Positions 55,149-64,000 of a stretch of DNA of 64,000 nt are shown here, one piece after another; within the stretch, counting starts at the first letter, position 1, and every line of letters begins with the position of its first letter. The stretch comes from a virus. The position numbers and the translations under genes are program-made. The notes under the pieces were generated by a model. It was given only the letters and a program-made list of their open reading frames with translations, had not been told where the DNA came from and searched no databases. The stretch spans positions 19,462-83,461 of the IMG/VR virus record IMGVR_UViG_3300036780_000171; one strand, 5' to 3'.

Positions 55149-55948
55149 TATACATACCTCTTAATATATGCACCGCTCACCACAATACTTCTGGCAGAAA
55201 ACGTATCACTAAAGCTAACTTGACCATTTCCCACCGGCCAGACTGGTAATGCACCCGACCATGGAGTTGTCACGCCATTTACTGTAATACGCCGGTTCTT
55301 AATATCGACTATGAGTACATCAGAAGCTGCCCATGCCCGGGTGATTGTAGTTGCCAGGCCGGTACTAGGATTGGTAATAATAATGCTATCGCTGGCGTTG
55401 ACGGTCGTAAAACTACTTAAAGTTAGGGTAAATACTGGCCGCGCATCCCAAGTACCGCCAAGGGTCATTGAATAAGTAGTTGGTGATGCGGTAATAGTAC
55501 CGAGCGATAGGTTTGTGCTCACCGTATCGTACCCAAACGGGTCGTATGCGTTAAAGTGTACCTCAAAGTTGGCATAGCCGCCATAGGCCGCGCGGCCACT
55601 GCCAAAGTCGGGAAAGTTTGTGTTATCACTTAGCGTACAAGTGAATTGCCGATTGCTACCGGCACTAGGCAGCTGAAAGATGCTTGACTGTGGTGAAATA
55701 ACTGATAACAACGTATCACGCGCTGTCTCAAAACTTGACTTATTAGGTGCCACAAAAGAGCAGTACATGATAATCTCGCGATAATCGAAGAAGCTTGAAA
55801 CAATGGCCTCGCCGCTCACGCGAGCCAGCTTATAGCTTTCCAAGGCTCGTTGCGGGATAGTATAGACATCAACCGCATTGACCATAAAGTTTGGTATGGT
55901 ATTTAGCAATGTGCCGTTAACATATACGTTATCGCCCGGGTATACCAT
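55148..55948 (-). CDS. Distal tail protein (Dit)
   Basis: Follows the tape measure; F.AYDPFGY..P..LIVD..VNG..GN. Confidence 0.8.
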   Translation of the reverse strand: MVYPGDNVYVNGTLLNTIPNFMVNAVDVYTIPQRALESYKLARVSGEAIVSSFFDYREIIMYCSFVAPNKSSFETARDTLLSVISPQSSIFQLPSAGSNRQFTCTLSDNTNFPDFGSGRAAYGGYANFEVHFNAYDPFGYDTVSTNLSLGTITASPTTYSMTLGGTWDARPVFTLTLSSFTTVNASDSIIITNPSTGLATTITRAWAASDVLIVDIKNRRITVNGVTTPWSGALPVWPVGNGQVSFSDTFSARSIVVSGAYIKRYV

Positions 55949-55952
55949 ATAA

Positions 55953-58712
55953 TTATCCTATCGGAGTTAATCCCTGCTGGGTTAGTTCGACATTTCGGCC
56001 AAGTTTCTGGAAGAAATAGTTTATGTCACTCTGGTTCTGGAAGTTGAGGTCACCATTAATGGTTAAATTAGCAAAGGCCATGGTATTATTGACCCCGCCA
56101 AGCCCCGTGGTCTTGCTACCGCTAACTGCAGTCGTGGCTTTCTGTGATAGCGAAGTTAGTTTACTTACACTATTTGTTAGCTTGCTTACTGTCTTGTCGC
56201 CTTCGTCGGCTATATTGCTAAAGGCTTGCTCAATATAGCTTGGCGAGTGAATACCAAGGCCGCTCTTAAAGCTACTCCACATGCTACTGGCAACATGTTT
56301 TGCGCCATCAGCCAGTTTTCCAGCCGCTCCCTTAATGCCATCGTATACCTTATCCCAAATGCCGCTAATCAGTTTTGGCAACTGGTTTAGCGTATCCATG
56401 AAGCCGTGCCAGATGCCAGATGCCGCGCTGCGAGCGGCACGAGCCATTGAGCTACCAATTCTGCTAATATCACCTGGCAAGCCTGTAATAATTCTCACAA
56501 TCGTGCTAATCATTTGCGAAATAAAGCTGGTGGTATCATGCCACATGCGGCTTATCCAACTCGTAAACGCACTCCACGTATCATGCCCTACTTTAGTTGC
56601 TCGTCCTGGGAGCTGGACAAACCAGTTGATAATACCACGGTACATTGCACTCACTATATTGACTGCGTCATGCCACATGCGGCTTAACCAGCTGGTCGTC
56701 GCATCCCATACCGAACTCATTATACTGGCAATTTGTCCTGGCAGTTTCTTCATTTCGTTGACTATCGCCCTAACAATATCTGGAATCCAATGCATAAATA
56801 AGTCTTTCCATAGACGAAGCTCATAGCCAATCATAAAAGCTATAGCATCAAGAACTTGTAGTATATGATGTGGAGTTTGTGCAAACCAACTTACAATATC
56901 ATGAATCCAGTTAAGCACGTCCTGACGAACCCGAAGCAAAGTCTGCACCCATATAATAAATGGCTTACTCAAGTGGTCGGCAGTTAGTGTAATGTCACCG
57001 CCCGTAAAGAAGTCAAAGAGATTCCTAAATATCTGAACCACATCGCCAACTATACCTTTAATCCAACCTGAAAAAGCTTTCCAATTGGCTACTATTAAAC
57101 CGAGTGGCCCAAGTAACCCAAGAAGTAATATATCTTCAATTACTTTAAGGTGTCTGCGGAAAAAACCTTCGACATCCTGCCACATCCTATCAAAGAATTT
57201 GCTAACAGTACTCCAGTGCTTGACAAGCTCGTATACGCCGACTGCCAGCAGAGCCACGGCGGCAATAATACCGGCAGTCGCAATAATAGCCGCCCCCATG
57301 CTCAGGCCTAGCTCAACTCCAACCTCTACGGCTAACCGTAGGAATGCCGTGTATAGCACATCTATAATGCTTTTTAAGTAACCGCCAAGTTTAATTAAAT
57401 CACCTACCACTTTTAGTACAGGGCCAAGGGCTGCCACAAATAGTAGGAAATCAGCAATCAATTTCTTGTTACCATCACTCAAATGTCCAAACCAGCTGGC
57501 GACTTTTCCAAGGTCTTTTACCAGATTCTCAAGTGTTGGTAAAAAGGCATTACCAAGCTGCACTTGCAGTGTTTGGATAGAAGCCTTAAAATCTTCCATT
57601 TTCTGCTTGGCTTGTTGCTGTTGTGAAGCCCAATCAGACTGGAATTTGCCAGCATTTTCGCCAATGATACCAAACTTGGTATTCATACGGTCGATATTCG
57701 TTAGCAATGTCAGCATGGCTGCGTCTGAACGGCCACCACCAAATGCCCGCGCCATTGTAGCTGCCGCCGCGCTTGACGACAATCCAGCCGCTTCCAGGTG
57801 CTTTTTCAAGTCTTCCATGGCAACGGTAATACCATTTGGCTTTCTCATGTCACCGGCCAGGGTTGCCTGACTAACGCCGGCCTTTTCGAGTACTGCGTCC
57901 ATGCCCTTAATACTTGACATGGCGGCTGTACTCTTCAATCCAACGGCTTCCAAGGCTTTCATGGCTTGTTGCGTCGGCGCACCCATCAAACTCATGGTCA
58001 TGCGCAAACGGGTAGCGGCTTCGGTAGCTGGTTCACCATTATCGGTCAATGTTGCCAAGGCTGTACCAATTGACCGCAGGCTTACACCGAATACCTTGGC
58101 GGTACTCAAGAAACCGGTGCTAATGGCACCATTCAAGTCCTGCATATGCATGTCACCAGCGCCAACAATAGCATTTAATAGACCCATTGCTTCGGTTGCG
58201 CTTTGAGCACCTTTTACCTGGGTTGCCATGGTACTTGTCAAAGCATAGGTAGTATCATTTAAATCTGCTTGGCCAACTTGTGCGCCTTCGGCGGCCAGCT
58301 TCAAAATATCTAGTTGTTGGCTAGTCGAGAATATACCTTCCCCGGCACTCGTAACATGGTAAAGCGCATTGGCAAGTGATGTGGGGCTAAAACCAACTTG
58401 TGATGCTAGGGCTTCAACTTTTGGTGTCATCTCCTGGACTTGCTTGGTGCTGGCACCGGCTGATGTATGCAATAACTCCATTGTTTGGTTGAAATCAAGC
58501 GCTGCTTTGACACTCAGACCCAAAGCCGCCCCAGCGGCTATTGAAAATGGCATAAATGCGCTACCAAGTTTGCTTACTTTACCGCCAATGTCAGTCAACT
58601 CATTACTGAATAAACCGGCCTTTGCTTTGGCCTGTAGCATATTGGCATCGAACATGGCCGTGTTCAGGTCAAGGTCATAGTAAATTGCGCCGACTTCCGT
58701 ACCAGCTGGCAT
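55953..58712 (-). CDS. Tail tape measure protein (TP901 family)
   Basis: Ala/Gly-rich helical, W-spaced repeats, LGIHSPS motif. Confidence 0.93.
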   Translation of the reverse strand: MPAGTEVGAIYYDLDLNTAMFDANMLQAKAKAGLFSNELTDIGGKVSKLGSAFMPFSIAAGAALGLSVKAALDFNQTMELLHTSAGASTKQVQEMTPKVEALASQVGFSPTSLANALYHVTSAGEGIFSTSQQLDILKLAAEGAQVGQADLNDTTYALTSTMATQVKGAQSATEAMGLLNAIVGAGDMHMQDLNGAISTGFLSTAKVFGVSLRSIGTALATLTDNGEPATEAATRLRMTMSLMGAPTQQAMKALEAVGLKSTAAMSSIKGMDAVLEKAGVSQATLAGDMRKPNGITVAMEDLKKHLEAAGLSSSAAAATMARAFGGGRSDAAMLTLLTNIDRMNTKFGIIGENAGKFQSDWASQQQQAKQKMEDFKASIQTLQVQLGNAFLPTLENLVKDLGKVASWFGHLSDGNKKLIADFLLFVAALGPVLKVVGDLIKLGGYLKSIIDVLYTAFLRLAVEVGVELGLSMGAAIIATAGIIAAVALLAVGVYELVKHWSTVSKFFDRMWQDVEGFFRRHLKVIEDILLLGLLGPLGLIVANWKAFSGWIKGIVGDVVQIFRNLFDFFTGGDITLTADHLSKPFIIWVQTLLRVRQDVLNWIHDIVSWFAQTPHHILQVLDAIAFMIGYELRLWKDLFMHWIPDIVRAIVNEMKKLPGQIASIMSSVWDATTSWLSRMWHDAVNIVSAMYRGIINWFVQLPGRATKVGHDTWSAFTSWISRMWHDTTSFISQMISTIVRIITGLPGDISRIGSSMARAARSAASGIWHGFMDTLNQLPKLISGIWDKVYDGIKGAAGKLADGAKHVASSMWSSFKSGLGIHSPSYIEQAFSNIADEGDKTVSKLTNSVSKLTSLSQKATTAVSGSKTTGLGGVNNTMAFANLTINGDLNFQNQSDINYFFQKLGRNVELTQQGLTPIG

Positions 58713-58753
58713 TATATGTTCTCACTTATTAACATACTTACAGTTTACTACAA

Positions 58754-59063
58754 TTACTCTCCAAACAACTCTTTTAACTCACTCTTGTTCGTCGATATTT
58801 GTCCTTCACGTAACTTTTCTATAATATCGAATTCCATAGAATCAAACCTATCCATTAACTGTTGTTTCCCCGAATCATCCATGTACGGATAGGCCGCTAC
58901 CATGGCCATAACTTTCCAATCGCTGGCATCAATTCTAATCGACTGTTCGAGCAGAGTATAGAAACGCAAAGCATACTCTTCGAGCATTGACTCTGCGGTG
59001 TAGCCAGGAAATCTTCTCAAAAAGTATGTATATGACCGTATTATTCTGGTGGGGCTTTTTTTT
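58754..59063 (-). CDS. Tail assembly chaperone -1 frameshift extension (gpGT-like)
   Basis: The -1 frame is open from the A8 run at 59056-63 into RRFPGY...LFGE. Confidence 0.8.
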
Positions 59064-59454
59064 CCTGTGACTGCGTTGGCTCTACGCCCATAGCCTTGAG
59101 CGCACTATTTTCAGCGGGTGAGGCCATGCCACTGATAAAGTTAAATAATGATTCCATCTGTGGCAGCGAAAGGTCAACCCCATCTTGTTTAAGTGCTGGC
59201 ATCAGTCGGTAAAAGATATTTAGTAGCCCGTCGAGTCCTTCGGTACCATTAGCATTACTGCTGGATAGCATTGCACCATAACGCATGAGTTCCGCCACGT
59301 CCTTGACTTTTGGCGGGTGAACGTCATAGACCTTATCACCGAGCTTGACATGCTTGGTTTGTGGCTGTAGCAAGTCAAGGTCAAGGTCGTATGGCTCGTT
59401 TGTCGCTGGTGTATCAGAGGGCACACTAGTAGGTGGACTTTGGTTATCTTCCAT
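59041..59454 (-). CDS. Tail assembly chaperone (gpG-like)
   Basis: Lies between the tail tube and tape measure genes; ends QEKKAPPE at the slippery site. Confidence 0.82.
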   Translation of the reverse strand: MEDNQSPPTSVPSDTPATNEPYDLDLDLLQPQTKHVKLGDKVYDVHPPKVKDVAELMRYGAMLSSSNANGTEGLDGLLNIFYRLMPALKQDGVDLSLPQMESLFNFISGMASPAENSALKAMGVEPTQSQEKKAPPE

Positions 59455-59460
59455 AACTTA

Positions 59461-59991
59461 TTAGCTAATTGCTTCCAAGCCAATTTGACCAAGACGGAAG
59501 CCATTGCCACGGTTCTCATCCACTAGGCCACGGAATGTAACTTTGTAAACACGTTGTTTATCAATCATGTAGTCGAGTGCCACCGGCTGGTCGTTTACTG
59601 CTTTATAAATAAGGACATCTTGCGTAAGGTCGGTAAGAGCACGGTTAACAGGGTGAAGCTGAATTGGAACACCATATTGACGAAGCGTTGCGCCAGCGTC
59701 CACACCAATGCCTAACTTTGAGCCAAGGCCACCGGTAACTTCTGTCTGTTCAGGGATAGCAGTATAAATGTTCTGCAAGGTTGGCTCGGCCATAGTAGTT
59801 TCGAGTTTCAGCTCGTTACCTGTCAGCGCCAATTCGACAGGAGTTTCACCATACTGGTCAACGCGAAGTTCAACAAATTTTCTATCAATGGTTAATGTGC
59901 TTCCACCAAGCGTGTGACCGATTGCGACGCCATTGACCGTAATGGCACATACGCCTACGGTTATGTTTGAAATATTCCCTTGATTAGCCAT
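59461..59991 (-). CDS. Major tail tube protein
   Basis: NITVG..IGHTLGG..VDQYGETPV..YKVTFRGL; gene position. Confidence 0.8.
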   Translation of the reverse strand: MANQGNISNITVGVCAITVNGVAIGHTLGGSTLTIDRKFVELRVDQYGETPVELALTGNELKLETTMAEPTLQNIYTAIPEQTEVTGGLGSKLGIGVDAGATLRQYGVPIQLHPVNRALTDLTQDVLIYKAVNDQPVALDYMIDKQRVYKVTFRGLVDENRGNGFRLGQIGLEAIS

Positions 59992-60049
59992 TTAGCGTCC
60001 TCTCCTTGCGTTAAATATACCATACATTTTTAATGTCAAGCAACTTTTT

Positions 60050-60478
60050 TTACGCTGGCATATTCATGTCACGATACATGAAGCGGAATGTTATTTTAAG
60101 CAGCTTACGTTGCTGGTTATCCCTGTCCATATCTTGCACCTGACTCGTCGCGTATGCAAAGTAAACATAGAAGTTATCGCCAATTGGGTAATTCTGCATT
60201 TGATGGAGCAGCTGGTATATGGTATATAGCCGTAGCTCGCCCTCTTTGGTTTTACTGCTTTGACTGCGTGTCCACACATCAACGACCGTGTATTGCGTAT
60301 CAAGGTATTTTTCCTGCTCGGCAGCGCCAGCTCCAAAAATCATGGTGCAGCTATCAGGGTCAACCGTGAAGTGGCCAACAAAAATATCTTCCGAAACCGT
60401 GCCAATGCCATTAGCAGCGAGGTAGTTGGCTATCTCTTCGGAAAGTGTGGTATCGGTGGTAACTGGTATTGGTGGCAT
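60050..60478 (-). CDS. Tail terminator / minor capsid-like neck protein
   Basis: IANYL..GIG..IFVG..P; upstream of the tail tube gene. Confidence 0.7.
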   Translation of the reverse strand: MPPIPVTTDTTLSEEIANYLAANGIGTVSEDIFVGHFTVDPDSCTMIFGAGAAEQEKYLDTQYTVVDVWTRSQSSKTKEGELRLYTIYQLLHQMQNYPIGDNFYVYFAYATSQVQDMDRDNQQRKLLKITFRFMYRDMNMPA

Positions 60479-60849
60479 TATAATCTCGCTCTATGTGCTG
60501 CTTTAAAATATGTTTCGCCTTTATCAACAACGATTTTGGCCGAGCCGCGTAAATAGTTCTTGCCCGTACCAGCTTTGGTATAGTTTCTCACCACATGACT
60601 ACCATCGCGTCGCTGTCCGTATTCCTGATAAGCGGCATAAGCCATTGCTGGCCCTTGGTAGCCAGCCCAAATCTGAAAGTGCATAAGCCCTGCTCGAACA
60701 TGCTGGATTGAGCTGACCAATTCGCCAATTTTAACGGGAGCCTTTTGTTTCGCCAATCGCTCAATATCGGCTGCCATGAGCGCCAGCGCCATGTCAAGTT
60801 CGGCATCACGTTCTTCCAAAAATGGTAGCCATTTATCGATTACGGGCAC
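60478..60849 (-). CDS. HK97 gp10-like neck protein
   Basis: APVKIGELVSSI..YAAYQEYG..YL. Confidence 0.8.
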   Translation of the reverse strand: MPVIDKWLPFLEERDAELDMALALMAADIERLAKQKAPVKIGELVSSIQHVRAGLMHFQIWAGYQGPAMAYAAYQEYGQRRDGSHVVRNYTKAGTGKNYLRGSAKIVVDKGETYFKAAHRARL

Positions 60850-61317
60850 TTAATTCTCCTTCCAGCGTTCATTATTAATTATACGATTAATTGTTTGCTG
60901 AGGTAAATTAAATATTTTGACTATATCAACTTGTCTATAACCTATTTCTCTAAATCTTCTAATTTCACGTACTATATCCCAGTTTAATGTTGTGGTTCGA
61001 CTATTTCTTATATTTTCAGCCTGTGTAACTAATTGTAAATGTTCGGGGTTAACACATTTTCTATGTAAACATGTTTTGCCACCCTTACAAATTTTATCTT
61101 TTGTATGACATAAGTGGTCAAGTTCATATCCTTTTGGCACTTCGCCAATGAACTCCTTATAAACAGCTTTATGAGCACTCAAGCTATGATATTTACCATC
61201 TTCAAACCAACTAAAAACACCATAGCCAGCCCAGTTGATACTACTTTGCCATAGCCAACAAGTTTCTGTTTTTCTAAGCCGTTTAAGTAAAGCATCTTTT
61301 CTATTAATTCGTTTCAT
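60850..61317 (-). CDS. HNH homing endonuclease
   Basis: CWLW..GYG..AHKAVY..LDHLC..CVNPEHL..EN. Confidence 0.9.
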   Translation of the reverse strand: MKRINRKDALLKRLRKTETCWLWQSSINWAGYGVFSWFEDGKYHSLSAHKAVYKEFIGEVPKGYELDHLCHTKDKICKGGKTCLHRKCVNPEHLQLVTQAENIRNSRTTTLNWDIVREIRRFREIGYRQVDIVKIFNLPQQTINRIINNERWKEN

Positions 61318-61356
61318 TTTTATATTATAATGGGTGCTTGAAGTTATATCTATTAT

Positions 61357-61692
61357 CTAGCTTAGTTGCCCGAAGCTCATCATATAGCATTTTAGGAATA
61401 GAATTTCGGTGCCGCCAAGCCTACGGGCTTCGGTGAGCTTCTGTACCTGCCAGTAACTATTTTCATACTGTACAATATCGTTTTCCTGTATATTGGTCGT
61501 CGGATTAAACCAAGCCATTGCTTCTTCGGAGTGCTTTTCTTCACGGTTAGTACTGCGCTGAATATTCGTGATGACTCGGAAACGACAGGGAATTATAGTC
61601 GTTGGTTTTGTTGAGTCAATAGTAAAGTCGCCATAAGCATCACGCTCTAGCCCGTATTTGGTAACATATTGTACATAGTATTCTTCGAGCAT
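61357..61692 (-). CDS. Head closure/head-tail adaptor protein
   Basis: RDAYG..PCR; size and position. Confidence 0.7.
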   Translation of the reverse strand: MLEEYYVQYVTKYGLERDAYGDFTIDSTKPTTIIPCRFRVITNIQRSTNREEKHSEEAMAWFNPTTNIQENDIVQYENSYWQVQKLTEARRLGGTEILFLKCYMMSFGQLS

Positions 61693-61697
61693 TACAA

Positions 61698-62336
61698 TTA
61701 CAACATAACCCTTCGATAAATATCCAAGACTTTCTGTATAGTTGGATTCCAGTTCTGGCTGAACTCCCTACTATAGCCTTCAATGGCTTCTCTGGTTATA
61801 CCGTCGGGTAAGTTAATAACATCGGCACAGATAATGGTCGAAGCCATGACAATACCTTGTGGTGGCGTTAAATAATCGGCAAAGCATCCATAGATAAAGT
61901 TGTTAGCAAGACCATACGGAAAAATACCGAGATTTCGCATAACACTGGTTTTGACCGAACTATTGAGTGGATAAAAAACGTAGTCCTTGGGGTCAATAAG
62001 CGACCACTGTCCGGTGTCCACGTCAACATAGCCAATATATGGTGCGAACACGCTATCCTGCGTTGTATCGGTTTGCAATGGCTGGTCAAAGAAATATTCG
62101 GTAATACCGCCATCAAACTTTTCAAATGGGTTGCTGCTACCATCACCTTGGGTAGTATCGACAGTCTTGGCATATGCTCTGGCAAGTGAGAATGAGCGGG
62201 CACAGTAGTTGTCTATAATATCGGCCACCGCATTTTCAAGAGTCAGAAATACAGCAGCTTCGTCATCTGATAAAGTTCTATTCAGGTAATTTTCTACATT
62301 TTGCTGGTTAGTGTAGATTGCTGTCTGGGTTGCCAT
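61698..62336 (-). CDS. Head-tail connector (gp6-like)
   Basis: VENYL..IIDNYCARSF..EAIEGYS..LDIYR. Confidence 0.75.
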   Translation of the reverse strand: MATQTAIYTNQQNVENYLNRTLSDDEAAVFLTLENAVADIIDNYCARSFSLARAYAKTVDTTQGDGSSNPFEKFDGGITEYFFDQPLQTDTTQDSVFAPYIGYVDVDTGQWSLIDPKDYVFYPLNSSVKTSVMRNLGIFPYGLANNFIYGCFADYLTPPQGIVMASTIICADVINLPDGITREAIEGYSREFSQNWNPTIQKVLDIYRRVML

Positions 62337-62508
62337 AATGCTTTCTCTTTAAGTGTCGCTTGATACCAATTAAACCATACCGCTCATCATCACGCAGCAA
62401 GTCATGCATTTTTCTTCGTGGTTCGTAGCTAGTTACTTTTTTTTTAGCTTTCTTGGCACGTTTCGGCTTGAGCAACGCACCATTCTTAATATTCTTGCGG
62501 TTAAGCAT
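62308..62508 (-). CDS. Small basic hypothetical protein
   Basis: GGAGG RBS upstream. Confidence 0.5.
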   Translation of the reverse strand: MLNRKNIKNGALLKPKRAKKAKKKVTSYEPRRKMHDLLRDDERYGLIGIKRHLKRKHYGNPDSNLH

Positions 62509-62611
62509 TGTATACCTCCGGTTCTCATTATAGGATACTGAATAGAATATATAAACAGTAAAAATAAATAAACTAACTTGTGTTTCTATTTACTTTACCA
62601 TATACTATAAG

Positions 62612-63740
62612 TGTGGTTAAAGGTTATAAATATCGTATCTATCCTACAGACGAACAAAAACAATACTTCGAAAAATCCTTTGGTTGTATCAGATATATCT
62701 ACAACTGGGGACTAGAACGAAAATTAGCCGAGTATGAAGCTACTAAGAAATCTTTGAGTTATTTTGAATTACAAAAAGAACTTACGATTATTAGACGTGA
62801 GCTAACTTGGTTACAAGAAGTTGGTAGCGACAGCCTACAATATTCACTTCGTCATCTGGATAATGCTTTTACCAATTTTTTTAGGAAACATACTAATTTT
62901 CCCAAGTTCAAATCTAAGCACCATTGTAGAAATAGCTTTAGTACTTACCAAGCTACGCACATAGATTTTAACAATTATTTGCTTAGTATTCCAAAGTGTA
63001 AGAATATTAAAGTTAAAGTAAGCCGCAAGTTCGAAGGAAAGTTTACTGGCTGTACTATTTCGAAAGCTTCCAGCGGTAGATATTTTGTTTCATTTAGGGT
63101 TGATAATAGTAGTGACTTTCCAGCAAAGCCAAAACCTCAAGAATCAGAAACAATTGGCGTTGACCTTGGCTTAAAACATTTTGCTATCTTATCCTCTGGC
63201 GAGAAGTTAGCCAATCCAAGATTTCTAAGAAATTCTGAGATACGATTAAAAGTAATGCAGAGGAGACTAAGTCGCAAGCAGAAAAAAGGCAGTAATAGAA
63301 ATAAAGCACGAATTAAAGTTGCAAGTTACCATGAGCATATAACGAACCAACGAAATGATTTTTTACATAAGCTAACCTCAAGGCTCGTTGCTGAGAACCA
63401 AAGCATAGCCGTTGAGAATTTAGCAGTTAGCAATATGCAGAAAAATCATAGTTTGGCAAAAAGCATAGCAGATGCCAGCTGGTATGAGTTTAGACGACAG
63501 CTTATTTACAAATGTGACTGGTATGGTAAAAACTTACTCGTTATTGGCCAGTTTGAACCGTCAAGCAAAATCTGTTCATGTGGCAGTATTAATACTAGTT
63601 TAACCTTAGCAGACCGTATATGGACTTGTGAAAACTGTGGTACAACCCACGATAGGGATATTCTGGCAGCCAACAATATTAAGCATTTCGCTTATGCACC
63701 GTCGGGAAGACGGGGTGAGCCTGTGGAGTCGCTGGCATGA
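62612..63740 (+). CDS. tnpB: TnpB RNA-guided endonuclease (IS200/IS605 family), no TnpA nearby
   Basis: YKYRIYPT..FGCIR.IYN HTH; RuvC GVDLG, AVENL, DRDILAA; zinc ribbon CSCG..CENCG; GTG start 6 nt after TATACT. Confidence 0.93.
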
Positions 63741-63784
63741 GCTTGGGCCGTGAAGCAGGAAATAACTTATGTTATAATTCAAGC

Positions 63785-63943
63785 ATGGAATTATTACTAA
63801 TAGGGGCATGGCTTATCGTCTACGGGTTAGCACTCGCTGGTTGGGTAAACTTTAATCCCGTATTCTTGGGCGTGTTTGCCATTGTGGTAGGCATAGTCTG
63901 TATCGTCAAGTATATCTACTTGCATAGAGAATTTTTTAAATAA
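63785..63943 (+). CDS. Small membrane protein
   Basis: Two TM segments; TGTTATAAT just upstream. Confidence 0.65.
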   Translation: MELLLIGAWLIVYGLALAGWVNFNPVFLGVFAIVVGIVCIVKYIYLHREFFK

Positions 63944-63955
63944 TCTTTGCAAAAC

Positions 63956-63997
63956 TGTGGATAACTACTTGAATATATTATTGTGGTGGTGTATTAT
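63956..63997 (+). promoter_or_regulatory. Promoter with upstream DnaA box
   Basis: TGTGGATAA-4-TTGAAT-17-TATTAT. Confidence 0.75.
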
Positions 63998-64000
63998 TAA

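Noticed and set aside
56023-58680. Long + strand ORFs opposite the tape measure gene (and similar ones opposite portal, queE, terD, terC)
   Set aside because: Antisense shadows of well-supported genes, with no motifs of their own.
62612-63740. Cas12f or other type V effector
   Set aside because: No array nearby; size and N-terminal HTH fit IS605-family TnpB.

Overview
About 64 kb of a tailed dsDNA phage (siphovirus-like, genetic code 11). The host is probably Patescibacteria/CPR, most like Saccharibacteria; this is inferred from KGG stress proteins, leaderless sigma70-type promoters and a CHAP-LysM lysin. Left arm (- strand): portal fused to a head-morphogenesis domain, TerL/TerS, two convergent tRNA arrays (14 tRNAs) between terL and portal, a 7-deazaguanine DNA modification cluster (parB-like, dpdA, queC, HNH-folE fusion, queE, queD), ArdC, Fic and many hypothetical genes. 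Middle (+ strand): replication initiator with internal repeats, Rad52/Sak plus YqaJ recombination genes, a terD-terD-terC-K+ channel-vWA module and a glycosyltransferase/methyltransferase cluster. Right arm (- strand): lysis, tail and neck genes, followed by a + strand stand-alone TnpB. About 11 homing endonuclease genes are scattered through the window. No capsid, protease, integrase or CRISPR array is visible. Top finding: each tRNA array is preceded by a promoter, a leaderless short ORF, an antiterminator segment and an intrinsic terminator. Leader 1 (MAKLNVLSSSFYLLETPEVY) contains a codon for every one of its seven downstream tRNAs. This looks like ribosome-stalling attenuation that switches on phage tRNA genes when host tRNAs are depleted. 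Other candidates are a C4-like two-loop antisense RNA upstream of the replication initiator, DnaA boxes at a fixed distance from a promoter family, and several promoter- or terminator-bounded structured RNAs.
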